64,000 nt of DNA, from contig CAMWXG010000001.1 of NCBI GenBank assembly GCA_947178155.1, positions 1,248 through 65,247 on the forward strand, written 5' to 3'. The position numbers were made by a program, and so were the translations under genes. Source of the stretch: an uncultured Lachnoclostridium sp. GTDB taxonomy: Bacteria; Bacillota; Clostridia; Lachnospirales; Lachnospiraceae. The notes below the pieces were generated by a model, which saw only the letters and a list, made by a program, of their open reading frames with translations, searched no databases and was not told where the DNA came from. This document shows positions 40,200 to 49,029 of the stretch, in pieces (position 1 is the first letter of the stretch; every line of letters starts with the position of its first letter).

Positions 40200-41567
40200 A
40201 TGGAATTAGAAAAGACTACAGTGCTGTCTGCACTTGTATGGGTTGCAGGAGTACTGGCTGAGGTAGTATTTCACGAATCATTATCAAATAGTGTGCTTGG
40301 GCTGGTCCTTAGCATTATTGTAGCAGCAATAGTAATAGCTGCAACATATTTTATAATTGATGGTGTTAATAGCGTATTGATAAAGCAAAGGAAAGAAACA
40401 GAGGACAGGCAGCATGAGTATCAGGAGCGTATGTTTCGTATGCTTGATGACAAGCTTGAAGAGCAGATTAATATAGAAAAATCTGTATATGACAGTATTG
40501 GTGAGATGATTGTGGTAAACAGGGATTTTGCTGACAGGATTACTGCAATGCCAATAAGCATGGATAATGAAATGCCTGTAAGCGACATTGTTGAAACAAT
40601 AAATGCAAATACACTTCAGGCTGCTAAGATTATTGCTAAATATCAGATTAAAAATTCAGAAAGTATTAATGAGGTACTTGATGAGATAAAATCAGAAGTG
40701 ATTAAGATTGGAGAATTAGATACTGCGTCAGCAGGAAGTAAAAATGATGAGCTTGCCCAGGCCAGCAGGGAGCTTACCGAAACATGGAAGGAGCTTCTGG
40801 AAAATAATAAGGAGCTTCTTAATAGCAGCAATGCAATTTTAGAAAATAATAAAGAGCTTCTTGACAATAGCAGTGGGCTTCTGGAAAATAATAAAGAGCT
40901 TCTTAACAATAGCAGTGGGCTTCTTGAAACGAATAAAGAACTTCTTAACAGCAGCAGTGGACTTCTTGAAACGAATAAAGAGATTCTTAACAATAGCAGC
41001 GAACTTCTTGAAACGAATAAAGAACTTCTTGACAGTAACAGGAATATTCTTTCAAATAGTAATAAGTTTCTTGAGGAAGGCAGCGAGCTTATTAATGAAA
41101 GCAGAGAATTCTTTAGTGACAGTAAACGGTTTAACGAAGAGAGCAGAGAATTTTACAGTACTAACAGAGAACTTATTGAAGGAAATAAGCAGCTTCTTGA
41201 TAATAATAAAGGACAGCTTGACAATAGTAATGAGATACTTGCCGCTAATAAGGAACTTACAGAAAGACTTTCTCGTATAGAAAATATTATAAAAGATATA
41301 GAGCCGGCAAAGGTGGAGGAGATTAAGGCATATATAGATAGTGTTATTGAGGGAGTAAATACACAAATGATGAAAAAAGTATTTACAGCACAGAGAACTG
41401 CTGTAAATAATGCAGCATCCAGAACTGCCGGGACTACTGCAAAAACTGCCAGTGGTACAGCAGAGATAAATAGGATGCCTGCAAGAGCAAGGACACAGAT
41501 TAAGCCGGACGCTATGGAGTCGGGAATAGCAAGGATAGCAAAGGTTTCTGGAGGATCTAATGTATAA
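40200..41567 (+). CDS. Membrane-anchored coiled-coil protein with heptad tandem repeats
   Basis: Two N-terminal hydrophobic helices; ELLENNK/ELLNNSS repeats. Confidence 0.8.
   Translation: MELEKTTVLSALVWVAGVLAEVVFHESLSNSVLGLVLSIIVAAIVIAATYFIIDGVNSVLIKQRKETEDRQHEYQERMFRMLDDKLEEQINIEKSVYDSIGEMIVVNRDFADRITAMPISMDNEMPVSDIVETINANTLQAAKIIAKYQIKNSESINEVLDEIKSEVIKIGELDTASAGSKNDELAQASRELTETWKELLENNKELLNSSNAILENNKELLDNSSGLLENNKELLNNSSGLLETNKELLNSSSGLLETNKEILNNSSELLETNKELLDSNRNILSNSNKFLEEGSELINESREFFSDSKRFNEESREFYSTNRELIEGNKQLLDNNKGQLDNSNEILAANKELTERLSRIENIIKDIEPAKVEEIKAYIDSVIEGVNTQMMKKVFTAQRTAVNNAASRTAGTTAKTASGTAEINRMPARARTQIKPDAMESGIARIAKVSGGSNV
40791..41043 (+). repeat. Coding tandem repeat, 42-bp unit built from two 21-bp subunits, about 6 copies
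   Basis: cttctggaaaataataaagagcttcttaacaatagcagtggg and variants. Confidence 0.9.
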
Positions 41568-42501
41568 GATTTAAAAATCTCATTATAAATATCCAGCTTG
41601 TCAGTGTGACTGATGAGAAAAGGGTGGTAGTGACTACTATGCTTGATGCAAGTATGTCATCACCGCCCATATTTTTTGCCATAATATATGATGTGGGCGT
41701 TGTTGGAGATGCAAGCATTATTGCTATTGCTATAAGTTTTTGGTCTCTAAATCCTAAATAGATTGCAATAGGCAGGAATATTGCTGTGATTATTACAAGT
41801 TTAATTAAAGATGCAATAACAGTAGGCTTTATTTTTGCAAGTGCTTTTCTTCCTTCAAAAGATGCACCTATAGAAATAAGTGCAAGAGGAGATGCCATAA
41901 CTGCAAAGTTATTAATTGTTTTGTCCGCCATTCTTGGCAAATTTATATTAAAAAATGAAGCAATAAGACCTAAAAATATACCTATTATAATAGGATTTTT
42001 AAGTATTCCCATAAGTGCATTTTTTATGCGGGCAGAGCCGTTGTCCTTATTTCCTTCAAATGTTAATATGATTACAGCGAAGATATTATAAAGTGGAACA
42101 GAGCCTATAATCATAAGCGGAGCCATTCCAGAGTTTCCATATATGTTTTGTATAAATGCAATGCCAAGAATTGCAGCGCTGCTTCGATATGAACCCTGCA
42201 CAAAGGCACCAACCTGTGATTTGTCTTTTAAGAGTTTTCCAGCAGCAAACCATATTGCCAGTATAGATATTAATGTACTTATAAAGCAGAAGCTTACATA
42301 TTTAAAATCAAAATTCTGTCGTATGTTGGTATCTGCCAAGTCTTGAAATACCAGACATGGCAGACATGCTTTAAATACGAATTTATTAGCTGTAGCAGCA
42401 AAGTTATCATTAATAAGGGAATAGCTTTTAAGTATATATCCAATAATCATTACTGCGAATACAGGAATGGTTGCATTTAAACTGTAAATAAAACTATCCA
42501 A
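41557..42501 (-). CDS. AEC (auxin efflux carrier) family transporter
   Basis: About 10 TM; NKFVFKACLP, KNPIIIG, PLALISIG. Confidence 0.85.
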   Translation of the reverse strand: MDSFIYSLNATIPVFAVMIIGYILKSYSLINDNFAATANKFVFKACLPCLVFQDLADTNIRQNFDFKYVSFCFISTLISILAIWFAAGKLLKDKSQVGAFVQGSYRSSAAILGIAFIQNIYGNSGMAPLMIIGSVPLYNIFAVIILTFEGNKDNGSARIKNALMGILKNPIIIGIFLGLIASFFNINLPRMADKTINNFAVMASPLALISIGASFEGRKALAKIKPTVIASLIKLVIITAIFLPIAIYLGFRDQKLIAIAIMLASPTTPTSYIMAKNMGGDDILASSIVVTTTLFSSVTLTSWIFIMRFLNLIH

Positions 42502-44245
42502 TTGTTTTACCTGTTTCCTTTTCTTTTTTGATTATTTCCTGATAACGATTCATTTCTTTTGCTATGACACCACTTAATGCAAGAAGACATATAAGGTTAG
42601 GTATAGCCATAAGAGCGTTGGCTATATCTGAGAATGTCCATGCAATCTCAAGTGTAGTTGTAGCACCAATATATGCTATTAGTGAGAAAAATACACGGTA
42701 AATGATATTGTATTTGTGTGTGCCTAATATGTATTCAAATGCCTTCTCACCATGATATTCCCAGCCAAGTATTGTAGAGAATGCAAAAAATGTTATACCT
42801 ATACATACAAGCCAGCCACCGGCACTTCCAAGTGCAGTTTCAAAGGCTTTGATTGTAAGTGCAGAGCCTTCTGTAAGTGTTTTGTATTCGTAAGAATTAT
42901 CAGTGTTAAAAATATATTCATTGCCAGAAGCATCTTTCCACTCGCCATGTATGTCAGAACTTTCACCTGATACACTGTCCATATCAGCAGTTAAGTAAAT
43001 TTTATCATTGTCATCATCAGTATTTGTTAGTAATAGCAAAATATATGAGCTTGAAACGTGGCTGGAAGAAGTATCATTGTCATCATATAAGTTTTCTGTT
43101 GTATTTACACTATATAATGAAGTTTTGGTGATTTTATCAGATGTAGTTGTAAGCGATATTATAGGTGTTTTTTCTGGAGCTTCTTCTACATAAGACCATG
43201 TTCCGGTGAGTGCAGTGTCTGTTGAACCAAGTACACCTGAACTTGCTATACAAAGTCCTGTAATAGTACATACTACTATAGTATCCCAGAAAGTACCTGT
43301 CATATTTATATATCCCTGACGAACGGGATCATTAGTTGAAGCGGCAGCAGCAGTAATAGCGGCAGAACCCATACCGGCTTCGTTAGAAAATACACCACGT
43401 GCCACACCAAAACGCAAAGCCTGCATCATAGATGCCACAATACTTCCACATAATCCACCACCTACAGCCTTTACTGAAAATGCCATTTTAAAAATCATGG
43501 CTACACCGCTTGGCACATTAGAAATATTTCCAATAATTACAACAATACCTGCTATTATGTAAAATACTGCCATAAGAGGAACTACTACCTGTGAAACTTT
43601 TGATATGGATTTGATGCCTCCAAGTATTATAAGAAGAGCAAGTATGGTAATAATAACTCCAGTAACAGTTAAAGGTACATTAAATGTTGAATTTAATGCT
43701 GTTGATATAGAGTTCGCCTGAGTGAGGTTTCCTATTCCAAATGATGCTATAACTGCAAATAATGCAAAGAGCCAGCCAAGTATGGCACCCGTTTTTTTAT
43801 GTTTGAATGCTTTTTTCATAGTATACATAGGACCGCCAGACATTTCGCCTTTTTCATTGACTTCACGATATTTAATTGCGAGCATACATTCACTGAATTT
43901 TGAAGTAAGTCCAAAAGCAGCGGAAATCCACATCCACACGAGGGCACCAGGTCCACCGGAGACCATAGCTGTGGCAACACCTACAATATTGCCTGTGCCA
44001 ATAGTTGCCGCAAGTGCTGTTGTAAGCGCTGAAAAAGGGGAAACATCACCATCACCCTTTTTTTGTCGTGCTTCCTTACTTAATACACTTTTCAAAGCAT
44101 ATGGAAGGTTTCGCCAGCACAATGCTCTTGTTCTAATAGTAAGGAATATACCTGTGCCAACAAGGAGAATCAGCATAACAGGTCCCCATACAAATTCGTC
44201 AATTGAATTAAGAACTTGAGTTAAGTTTTCGATAAATTTTTCCAT
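42494..44245 (-). CDS. Na+/alanine-glycine symporter (AlsT/AgcS family) with a large loop insertion
   Basis: ATIGTGNIVGVA, GGPGALVWMW, GGPMY, RGVFSNEAGMGS, FAFSTILGW. Confidence 0.92.
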   Translation of the reverse strand: MEKFIENLTQVLNSIDEFVWGPVMLILLVGTGIFLTIRTRALCWRNLPYALKSVLSKEARQKKGDGDVSPFSALTTALAATIGTGNIVGVATAMVSGGPGALVWMWISAAFGLTSKFSECMLAIKYREVNEKGEMSGGPMYTMKKAFKHKKTGAILGWLFALFAVIASFGIGNLTQANSISTALNSTFNVPLTVTGVIITILALLIILGGIKSISKVSQVVVPLMAVFYIIAGIVVIIGNISNVPSGVAMIFKMAFSVKAVGGGLCGSIVASMMQALRFGVARGVFSNEAGMGSAAITAAAASTNDPVRQGYINMTGTFWDTIVVCTITGLCIASSGVLGSTDTALTGTWSYVEEAPEKTPIISLTTTSDKITKTSLYSVNTTENLYDDNDTSSSHVSSSYILLLLTNTDDDNDKIYLTADMDSVSGESSDIHGEWKDASGNEYIFNTDNSYEYKTLTEGSALTIKAFETALGSAGGWLVCIGITFFAFSTILGWEYHGEKAFEYILGTHKYNIIYRVFFSLIAYIGATTTLEIAWTFSDIANALMAIPNLICLLALSGVIAKEMNRYQEIIKKEKETGKTIG

Positions 44246-44503
44246 AATATACCTCTTTCTTAGAAAATTTATATTATAGGAAGCAAAAAACAGCTTCCTA
44301 TAATCAATTGATGAGCCATAAAAGGATCTTTTATCAGAAATTGTGGTCAATTTCTGATAAATTATATAATTAAGTAATAAAAGACCGCGCATAATGTGTA
44401 TTCCATACGTGAATATGTACATTAGGCGTGATCTTCATTGACCACTTATTAAATATTATATAATTTAGTAATATCAATTGATTCTTTATAAAAACACCTA
44501 TAT

Positions 44504-44532
44504 ATTTTACCATAATTAAACAGTTATTTCAA
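44504..44532 (-). promoter_or_regulatory. Probable sigma-A promoter giving a ~250-nt leader to the symporter
   Basis: Minus strand TTGAAA, 17 bp spacer, TG-n-TAAAAT. Confidence 0.55.
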
Positions 44533-44580
44533 TAAAAAATCTGGATTTCTGAGGTTTGTAATATAAAGTAGTATAAATAT

Positions 44581-44607
44581 GTTACTTTTCACTCCATGAC
44601 AAGTAAC
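44581..44607. repeat. Minimal remnant of the GTTAC...GTAAC repeat (copy F)
   Basis: gttacttttcactccatgacaagtaac. Confidence 0.5.
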
Positions 44608-44644
44608 AGCAATTACAGAAAGTGAAAACTTATAAGAAAATTCC

Positions 44645-44674
44645 TTGACTTACTATATTATTCTATGCTATACT
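44645..44674 (+). promoter_or_regulatory. Sigma-A promoter of rpmG-secE-nusG
   Basis: TTGACT, 18 bp spacer, TG-n-TATACT. Confidence 0.7.
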
Positions 44675-44771
44675 TACTTGGCGATGTAACAAGTCTTTTT
44701 TTATTTTAAGAAGAAAATTTATTCGCATGCCGAAAGGCAGTGGATTGTATATTTTATGGAGGTGAATTTTC

Positions 44772-44921
44772 GTGAGGGTAAAAATTACTTTGGCATGTAC
44801 AGAGTGCAAACAGCGTAATTATGATACTACTAAGGAAAAGAGAAATCATCCTGACAGGATGGAAACAAGAAAGTATTGTAGATTCTGTAGAAAGCACACA
44901 TTACACAAAGAGACAAAATAG
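44772..44921 (+). CDS. rpmG: 50S ribosomal protein L33, Zn-ribbon form (not in ORF track)
   Basis: GTG start; [49 protein letters not shown]. Confidence 0.97.
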   Translation: MRVKITLACTECKQRNYDTTKEKRNHPDRMETRKYCRFCRKHTLHKETK

Positions 44922-44954
44922 TCTTATATGTATATGAGCAGAAAGAGGTAGATT

Positions 44955-45215
44955 ATGGGAGATTCTGAAAACAAGGAAGTATCTGAGCAGAACGAACCAA
45001 AGAAAACTGAAAAAACAGAAAGTGGCTCAAAGAAAAAGAATAAACGTTTTCAGGGGTTAAAGGCTGAGTTTAAAAGAATAATATGGCCTGACCAGAATAC
45101 GGTTATAAAAGAAACAACAGCAGTAGTCATTGTGACAGTTATTTTAGGTGCAGTCATCGCTCTTCTTGATTTAATTATCAAGACAGGCCTTGATAAAATT
45201 CTTCAGATAGGATAA
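44955..45215 (+). CDS. secE: Preprotein translocase subunit SecE
   Basis: KAEFKRIIWP plus one TM; located between rpmG and nusG. Confidence 0.95.
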   Translation: MGDSENKEVSEQNEPKKTEKTESGSKKKNKRFQGLKAEFKRIIWPDQNTVIKETTAVVIVTVILGAVIALLDLIIKTGLDKILQIG

Positions 45216-45226
45216 GGTGATAGACT

Positions 45227-45748
45227 ATGGCAGATACAGAGGCTCGTTGGTATGTGGCTCATACTTATTCAGGATATGAGAATAAAGTAAAAATGGATAT
45301 CGAAAAGACTATCGAAAATCGTAATCTTCAAGACCAGATATTGGAAGTGTCAGTACCTATGTTGAATGTTACCAGAGAGGCAGAAGGAGAATCAAAAACT
45401 GTTCAGCAGAAAATGTTTCCGGCATACGTTCTTATTAAAATGTATATGAATGATGATACATGGTATGTTGTACGTAATACCAGAGGAGTAACAGGATTTG
45501 TTGGACCAGGTTCAAAGCCTGTACCGCTGACAGATGCGGAAATGGAGAGCATGGGACTTAAGGTTGATGCACCAAATGCTCCGTTTAGTATTGGAGATTC
45601 TGTAGTTGTTAAATCCGGTGTATGGGAAGATACAACAGGTATTGTACGGCAGATTGACCATAAGAATGAAACAGTTACGATTAATATTGATATGTTTGGT
45701 CGTGAAACACCAGTAGAAATAAGTTTCAATGACATTGAGGCTGTATAA
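45227..45748 (+). CDS. nusG: Transcription termination/antitermination factor NusG
   Basis: WYVAHTYSGYENKV, VRNTRGVTGFVG, MFGRETPVE. Confidence 0.97.
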   Translation: MADTEARWYVAHTYSGYENKVKMDIEKTIENRNLQDQILEVSVPMLNVTREAEGESKTVQQKMFPAYVLIKMYMNDDTWYVVRNTRGVTGFVGPGSKPVPLTDAEMESMGLKVDAPNAPFSIGDSVVVKSGVWEDTTGIVRQIDHKNETVTINIDMFGRETPVEISFNDIEAV

Positions 45749-45825
45749 TAATAACCATTATTAGTATACAGAATGTATAGAGAATGTGCGTAAAATACGT
45801 ACAATTATTTAGGAGGGTTATAGAA

Positions 45826-46251
45826 ATGGCTAAGAAGGTTGAAGGATATATAAAATTGCAAATTCCTGCTGCAAAGGCGACACCAGCACCTCCGGTAGGT
45901 CCTGCGCTTGGTCAGCATGGAGTTAATATTGCGCAGTTCACAAAGGAGTTTAATGCTAAAACAGCAGGTCAGGAAGGAATGATTATTCCTGTTGTTATTA
46001 CTGTATATCAGGATAAGAGTTTTAGTTTTATTACAAAGACTCCACCAGCAGCAGTTCTTATTAAGAAGGCATGTAATATTCAGTCAGGTTCAGGTGTACC
46101 AAATAAAACAAAGGTTGCTACAATTTCAAAGGACAAGATTAGAGAGATTGCAGAGACAAAAATGCCTGATTTAAATGCAGCAACAATTGAAGCGGCAATA
46201 AGTATGATAGCAGGTACTGCACGAAGCATGGGCGTAGCTGTAGAGGAATAA
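45826..46251 (+). CDS. rplK: 50S ribosomal protein L11
   Basis: [30 protein letters not shown]. Confidence 0.98.
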   Translation: MAKKVEGYIKLQIPAAKATPAPPVGPALGQHGVNIAQFTKEFNAKTAGQEGMIIPVVITVYQDKSFSFITKTPPAAVLIKKACNIQSGSGVPNKTKVATISKDKIREIAETKMPDLNAATIEAAISMIAGTARSMGVAVEE

Positions 46252-46298
46252 TTAATTAAATTATAGATAAATTTAGACTTGTTATAGAATTTTGGACG

Positions 46299-46345
46299 TT
46301 GTGGGAGGCGACACATAAGTGTCTTACCCGCCGTTAACACCACGT
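46299..46345 (+). promoter_or_regulatory. Ribosomal protein L1 autoregulatory mRNA site
   Basis: gtgggagg...aacaccac directly before the rplA RBS, the position known in Firmicutes. Confidence 0.7.
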
Positions 46346-46359
46346 AGGAGGTTTATATT

Positions 46360-47052
46360 ATGAAAAGAGGAAAGAAATATTTAGAGGCTGCTAAGTTAGT
46401 TGACAGAACTATGCAGTATGATGTTCCGGAAGCTGTTGCTTTAGTTAAAAAGACTTCAACAGCAAAGTTTGATGAAACTGTAGAGGCTCATTTCAGACTT
46501 GGCGTAGATGGTCGTCACGCTGACCAGCAGGTAAGAGGAGCTGTTGTATTGCCTCATGGTACAGGTAAGCAGGTCAGAGTTCTTGTATTTGCAAAGGGAG
46601 ATAAGGTAGATGAAGCTCTTGCAGCAGGCGCAGATTATGCAGGCGGTGAGGAGCTGGTTCCAAAAATCCAGAATGATGGCTGGTTTGAATTTGATGTTGT
46701 AGTTGCTACACCTGATATGATGGGTGTTGTAGGACGTCTTGGTCGTGTACTTGGTCCTAAGGGATTAATGCCAAATCCAAAGGCAGGAACTGTTACTATG
46801 GATGTTACAAAGGCTGTTAATGACATTAAGGCAGGTAAGATTGAGTATAGGCTTGATAAGGCAAATATTATACATTGTCCTGTAGGAAAGGTATCTTTTT
46901 CAGAAGAGCAGCTTGTTGAAAATATTAATGCACTTGTTTCTGCTATTACAAGAGCGAAACCTTCATCTGCAAAAGGTCAATATTATAGAAGTGTGACATT
47001 GGCAAGTACAATGGGACCTGGTGTCAAAGTTAATACAGCAAAGTTTGTATAA
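46360..47052 (+). CDS. rplA: 50S ribosomal protein L1
   Basis: [41 protein letters not shown]. Confidence 0.98.
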   Translation: MKRGKKYLEAAKLVDRTMQYDVPEAVALVKKTSTAKFDETVEAHFRLGVDGRHADQQVRGAVVLPHGTGKQVRVLVFAKGDKVDEALAAGADYAGGEELVPKIQNDGWFEFDVVVATPDMMGVVGRLGRVLGPKGLMPNPKAGTVTMDVTKAVNDIKAGKIEYRLDKANIIHCPVGKVSFSEEQLVENINALVSAITRAKPSSAKGQYYRSVTLASTMGPGVKVNTAKFV

Positions 47053-47123
47053 TTTGGGATAAGTATATATGTAGTGTATGTTTTAAATCCTTTTCATTAT
47101 TTATTATATAAAGTTCGAGAGAA

Positions 47124-47165
47124 ATAAAAAGTCATTCATAGTTATAGCTATGAATGACTTTTTAT
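47124..47165. terminator. Bidirectional terminator after rplA
   Basis: ataaaaagtcattcatag-ttatag-ctatgaatgactttttat. Confidence 0.88.
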
Positions 47166-47241
47166 CTATAATACTAATGACATGTTGTTAAGTCGAACAA
47201 AACAGCTTTTATGCAGGTTTTGGAAGTCAGGAATTTATTGT

Positions 47242-47832
47242 TTACACAAGAGTATTAATAAAACTTGATGTGTTAGTACCTGAATCCTTTATATCTGTGT
47301 CTATATCTTCCTGTGATGTTATATTTAAGTAATTAGAAGTTTTGTAGATTTTACCTGCATAAAATTTTAATTTTTTTGTAAAATCACTGTCTTCTGAAAA
47401 TATGCTGCCAACTTTTTTAGGACTGCATTGAGCCAAAGTTTCTTTCTTTAATTCAAGTTTTCCTGATGCAGCTATTGTAATACCGATTTTCTCAAGTTCT
47501 TCTCTGTTGTCTTTAGTAAGATTTTTAATAAGCTTCATAGAATGTGAAATTTCATATGAAGAAGAATCCTTTGAGCTTGTTATAAGATTATTGTATGTTT
47601 CTACAAATGCTTTTACATTGTTATAAATGCTTTCACCATTCTCAGTTGTATATTCTAAGTCACGAAGTGATTTGGAAATTTTCTTTAAAGCGTCTGAATC
47701 TGCTGTAACAAGCACATCATCTTTTATATTGCCACGTGTAATGGATCTGGCAGCATTACGATTTTTGGAATATAAATTTTTAAGCAGAAAATTGAAGTTA
47801 GTTGCTTTTAACGAACCTGTATTTATGTTCAT
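47242..47832 (-). CDS. Hypothetical protein resembling a FliD (flagellar cap) middle/C-terminal segment
   Basis: VKAFVETYNNLI...LEKIGITIAASGKLEL. Confidence 0.6.
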   Translation of the reverse strand: MNINTGSLKATNFNFLLKNLYSKNRNAARSITRGNIKDDVLVTADSDALKKISKSLRDLEYTTENGESIYNNVKAFVETYNNLITSSKDSSSYEISHSMKLIKNLTKDNREELEKIGITIAASGKLELKKETLAQCSPKKVGSIFSEDSDFTKKLKFYAGKIYKTSNYLNITSQEDIDTDIKDSGTNTSSFINTLV

Positions 47833-48039
47833 AATAACACCTCCGTATATCATCTCTTAAAGCCTCTATTGGGTATACTATATCTATCTATATAATTATC
47901 GGCTAAATTGTCGGAAAACTTAAGAACTGTTTTTCTTGCATAATGATTTTATTAGTGATAAATTATTATGTATAATTTGTGTAATGCCTGTGGTTTGGTA
48001 ATAATATTATTATATTGACTTAAGGAGAGGGGTATAATT

Positions 48040-48927
48040 ATGGAATTTAGAGAAATAAGCATTAATGATAAGGAATGGCTGACACAAAAATTTCGTGAAG
48101 ATGATAAAAGGTCATGCGAGTTTTGTTTTGCAAATAATTATTTATGGAGGAAGGTATATCCATTGGAGATAACAGAGGTCTGTGGCTGTGCTGTTGAGAG
48201 GTATATTATTTATGATGATATATATTATGCTTTTCCGATAGGTTTAGGAGATAAGAAAAGAGCGATTGAGAAAATTATGCTTTATGAGCAGGTAAAGAAA
48301 AATCGTGTAAATATAAGTGGTATGACAGAGAAAGAGGCAGAGCTTATAAACATATGGTTTCCTAAATATTTTATTGTTGAAGCAGACAGGGATGCGAGTG
48401 ATTATATATATGAAACGGAGGCTTTAAGCAATCTTACAGGTAAGAAATATCATGGAAAGAGAAACCATATAGCAAGATTTAAAGATGGTGATGATTGGTT
48501 ATATGAAAAAATAACAGAGGAAAATGTTGAAGAATGTATACAGATGAATTATTTGTGGAAAAGAAAACGAACTGATAAGTGGGATGATATGATGCAGGAA
48601 GAATATGATGTTGCGAAGGAAGCGCTTGCCAATTTTAAAAATCTTGGGCTTGTTGGTGGTTTGCTTCGTAAGGCGGGCAATGTTGTAGCATTTACACTTG
48701 GAGAGCCACTTAACAGTGATACATTTGTAGTTCATTTTGAAAAAGCATTTCCGGATGTTCAAGGTGCATATCCAATGATAAACATGCAGTTTGTACTTGC
48801 AGAGTGTCAGGGATATAAATATATTAATAGAGAAGAGGATGCTGGCGATGAAGGATTAAGAAAAGCAAAAATGTCTTATCATCCGGTGTTTCTTCAAGAG
48901 AAATATACTGCACGTCAAAAAAGTTAA
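48040..48927 (+). CDS. DUF2156 / aminoacyl-phosphatidylglycerol-synthase-like GNAT-domain protein
   Basis: CEFCFAN, DYIY, LTGKKYHGKRNH, HFEKA, INREEDAGDEGLRKAKMSY. Confidence 0.88.
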   Translation: MEFREISINDKEWLTQKFREDDKRSCEFCFANNYLWRKVYPLEITEVCGCAVERYIIYDDIYYAFPIGLGDKKRAIEKIMLYEQVKKNRVNISGMTEKEAELINIWFPKYFIVEADRDASDYIYETEALSNLTGKKYHGKRNHIARFKDGDDWLYEKITEENVEECIQMNYLWKRKRTDKWDDMMQEEYDVAKEALANFKNLGLVGGLLRKAGNVVAFTLGEPLNSDTFVVHFEKAFPDVQGAYPMINMQFVLAECQGYKYINREEDAGDEGLRKAKMSYHPVFLQEKYTARQKS

Positions 48928-48958
48928 TATAATTTTAGGATATTTGTTATATAAATTT

Positions 48959-49002
48959 TAAAGTGTTTTCAAAGGCAGCATACTACTATTGAAAACACTT
49001 TT
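48959..49002. terminator. Inverted repeat between convergent genes
   Basis: aaagtgttttcaa...ttgaaaacacttt. Confidence 0.6.
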
Positions 49003-49029
49003 GAAATTTAACAGAAATTATATTTTGCG

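Noticed and set aside
40791-41043. Possible CRISPR array
   Set aside because: The repeats are contiguous, in-frame coding units with no unique spacers, and there are no cas genes in the window.
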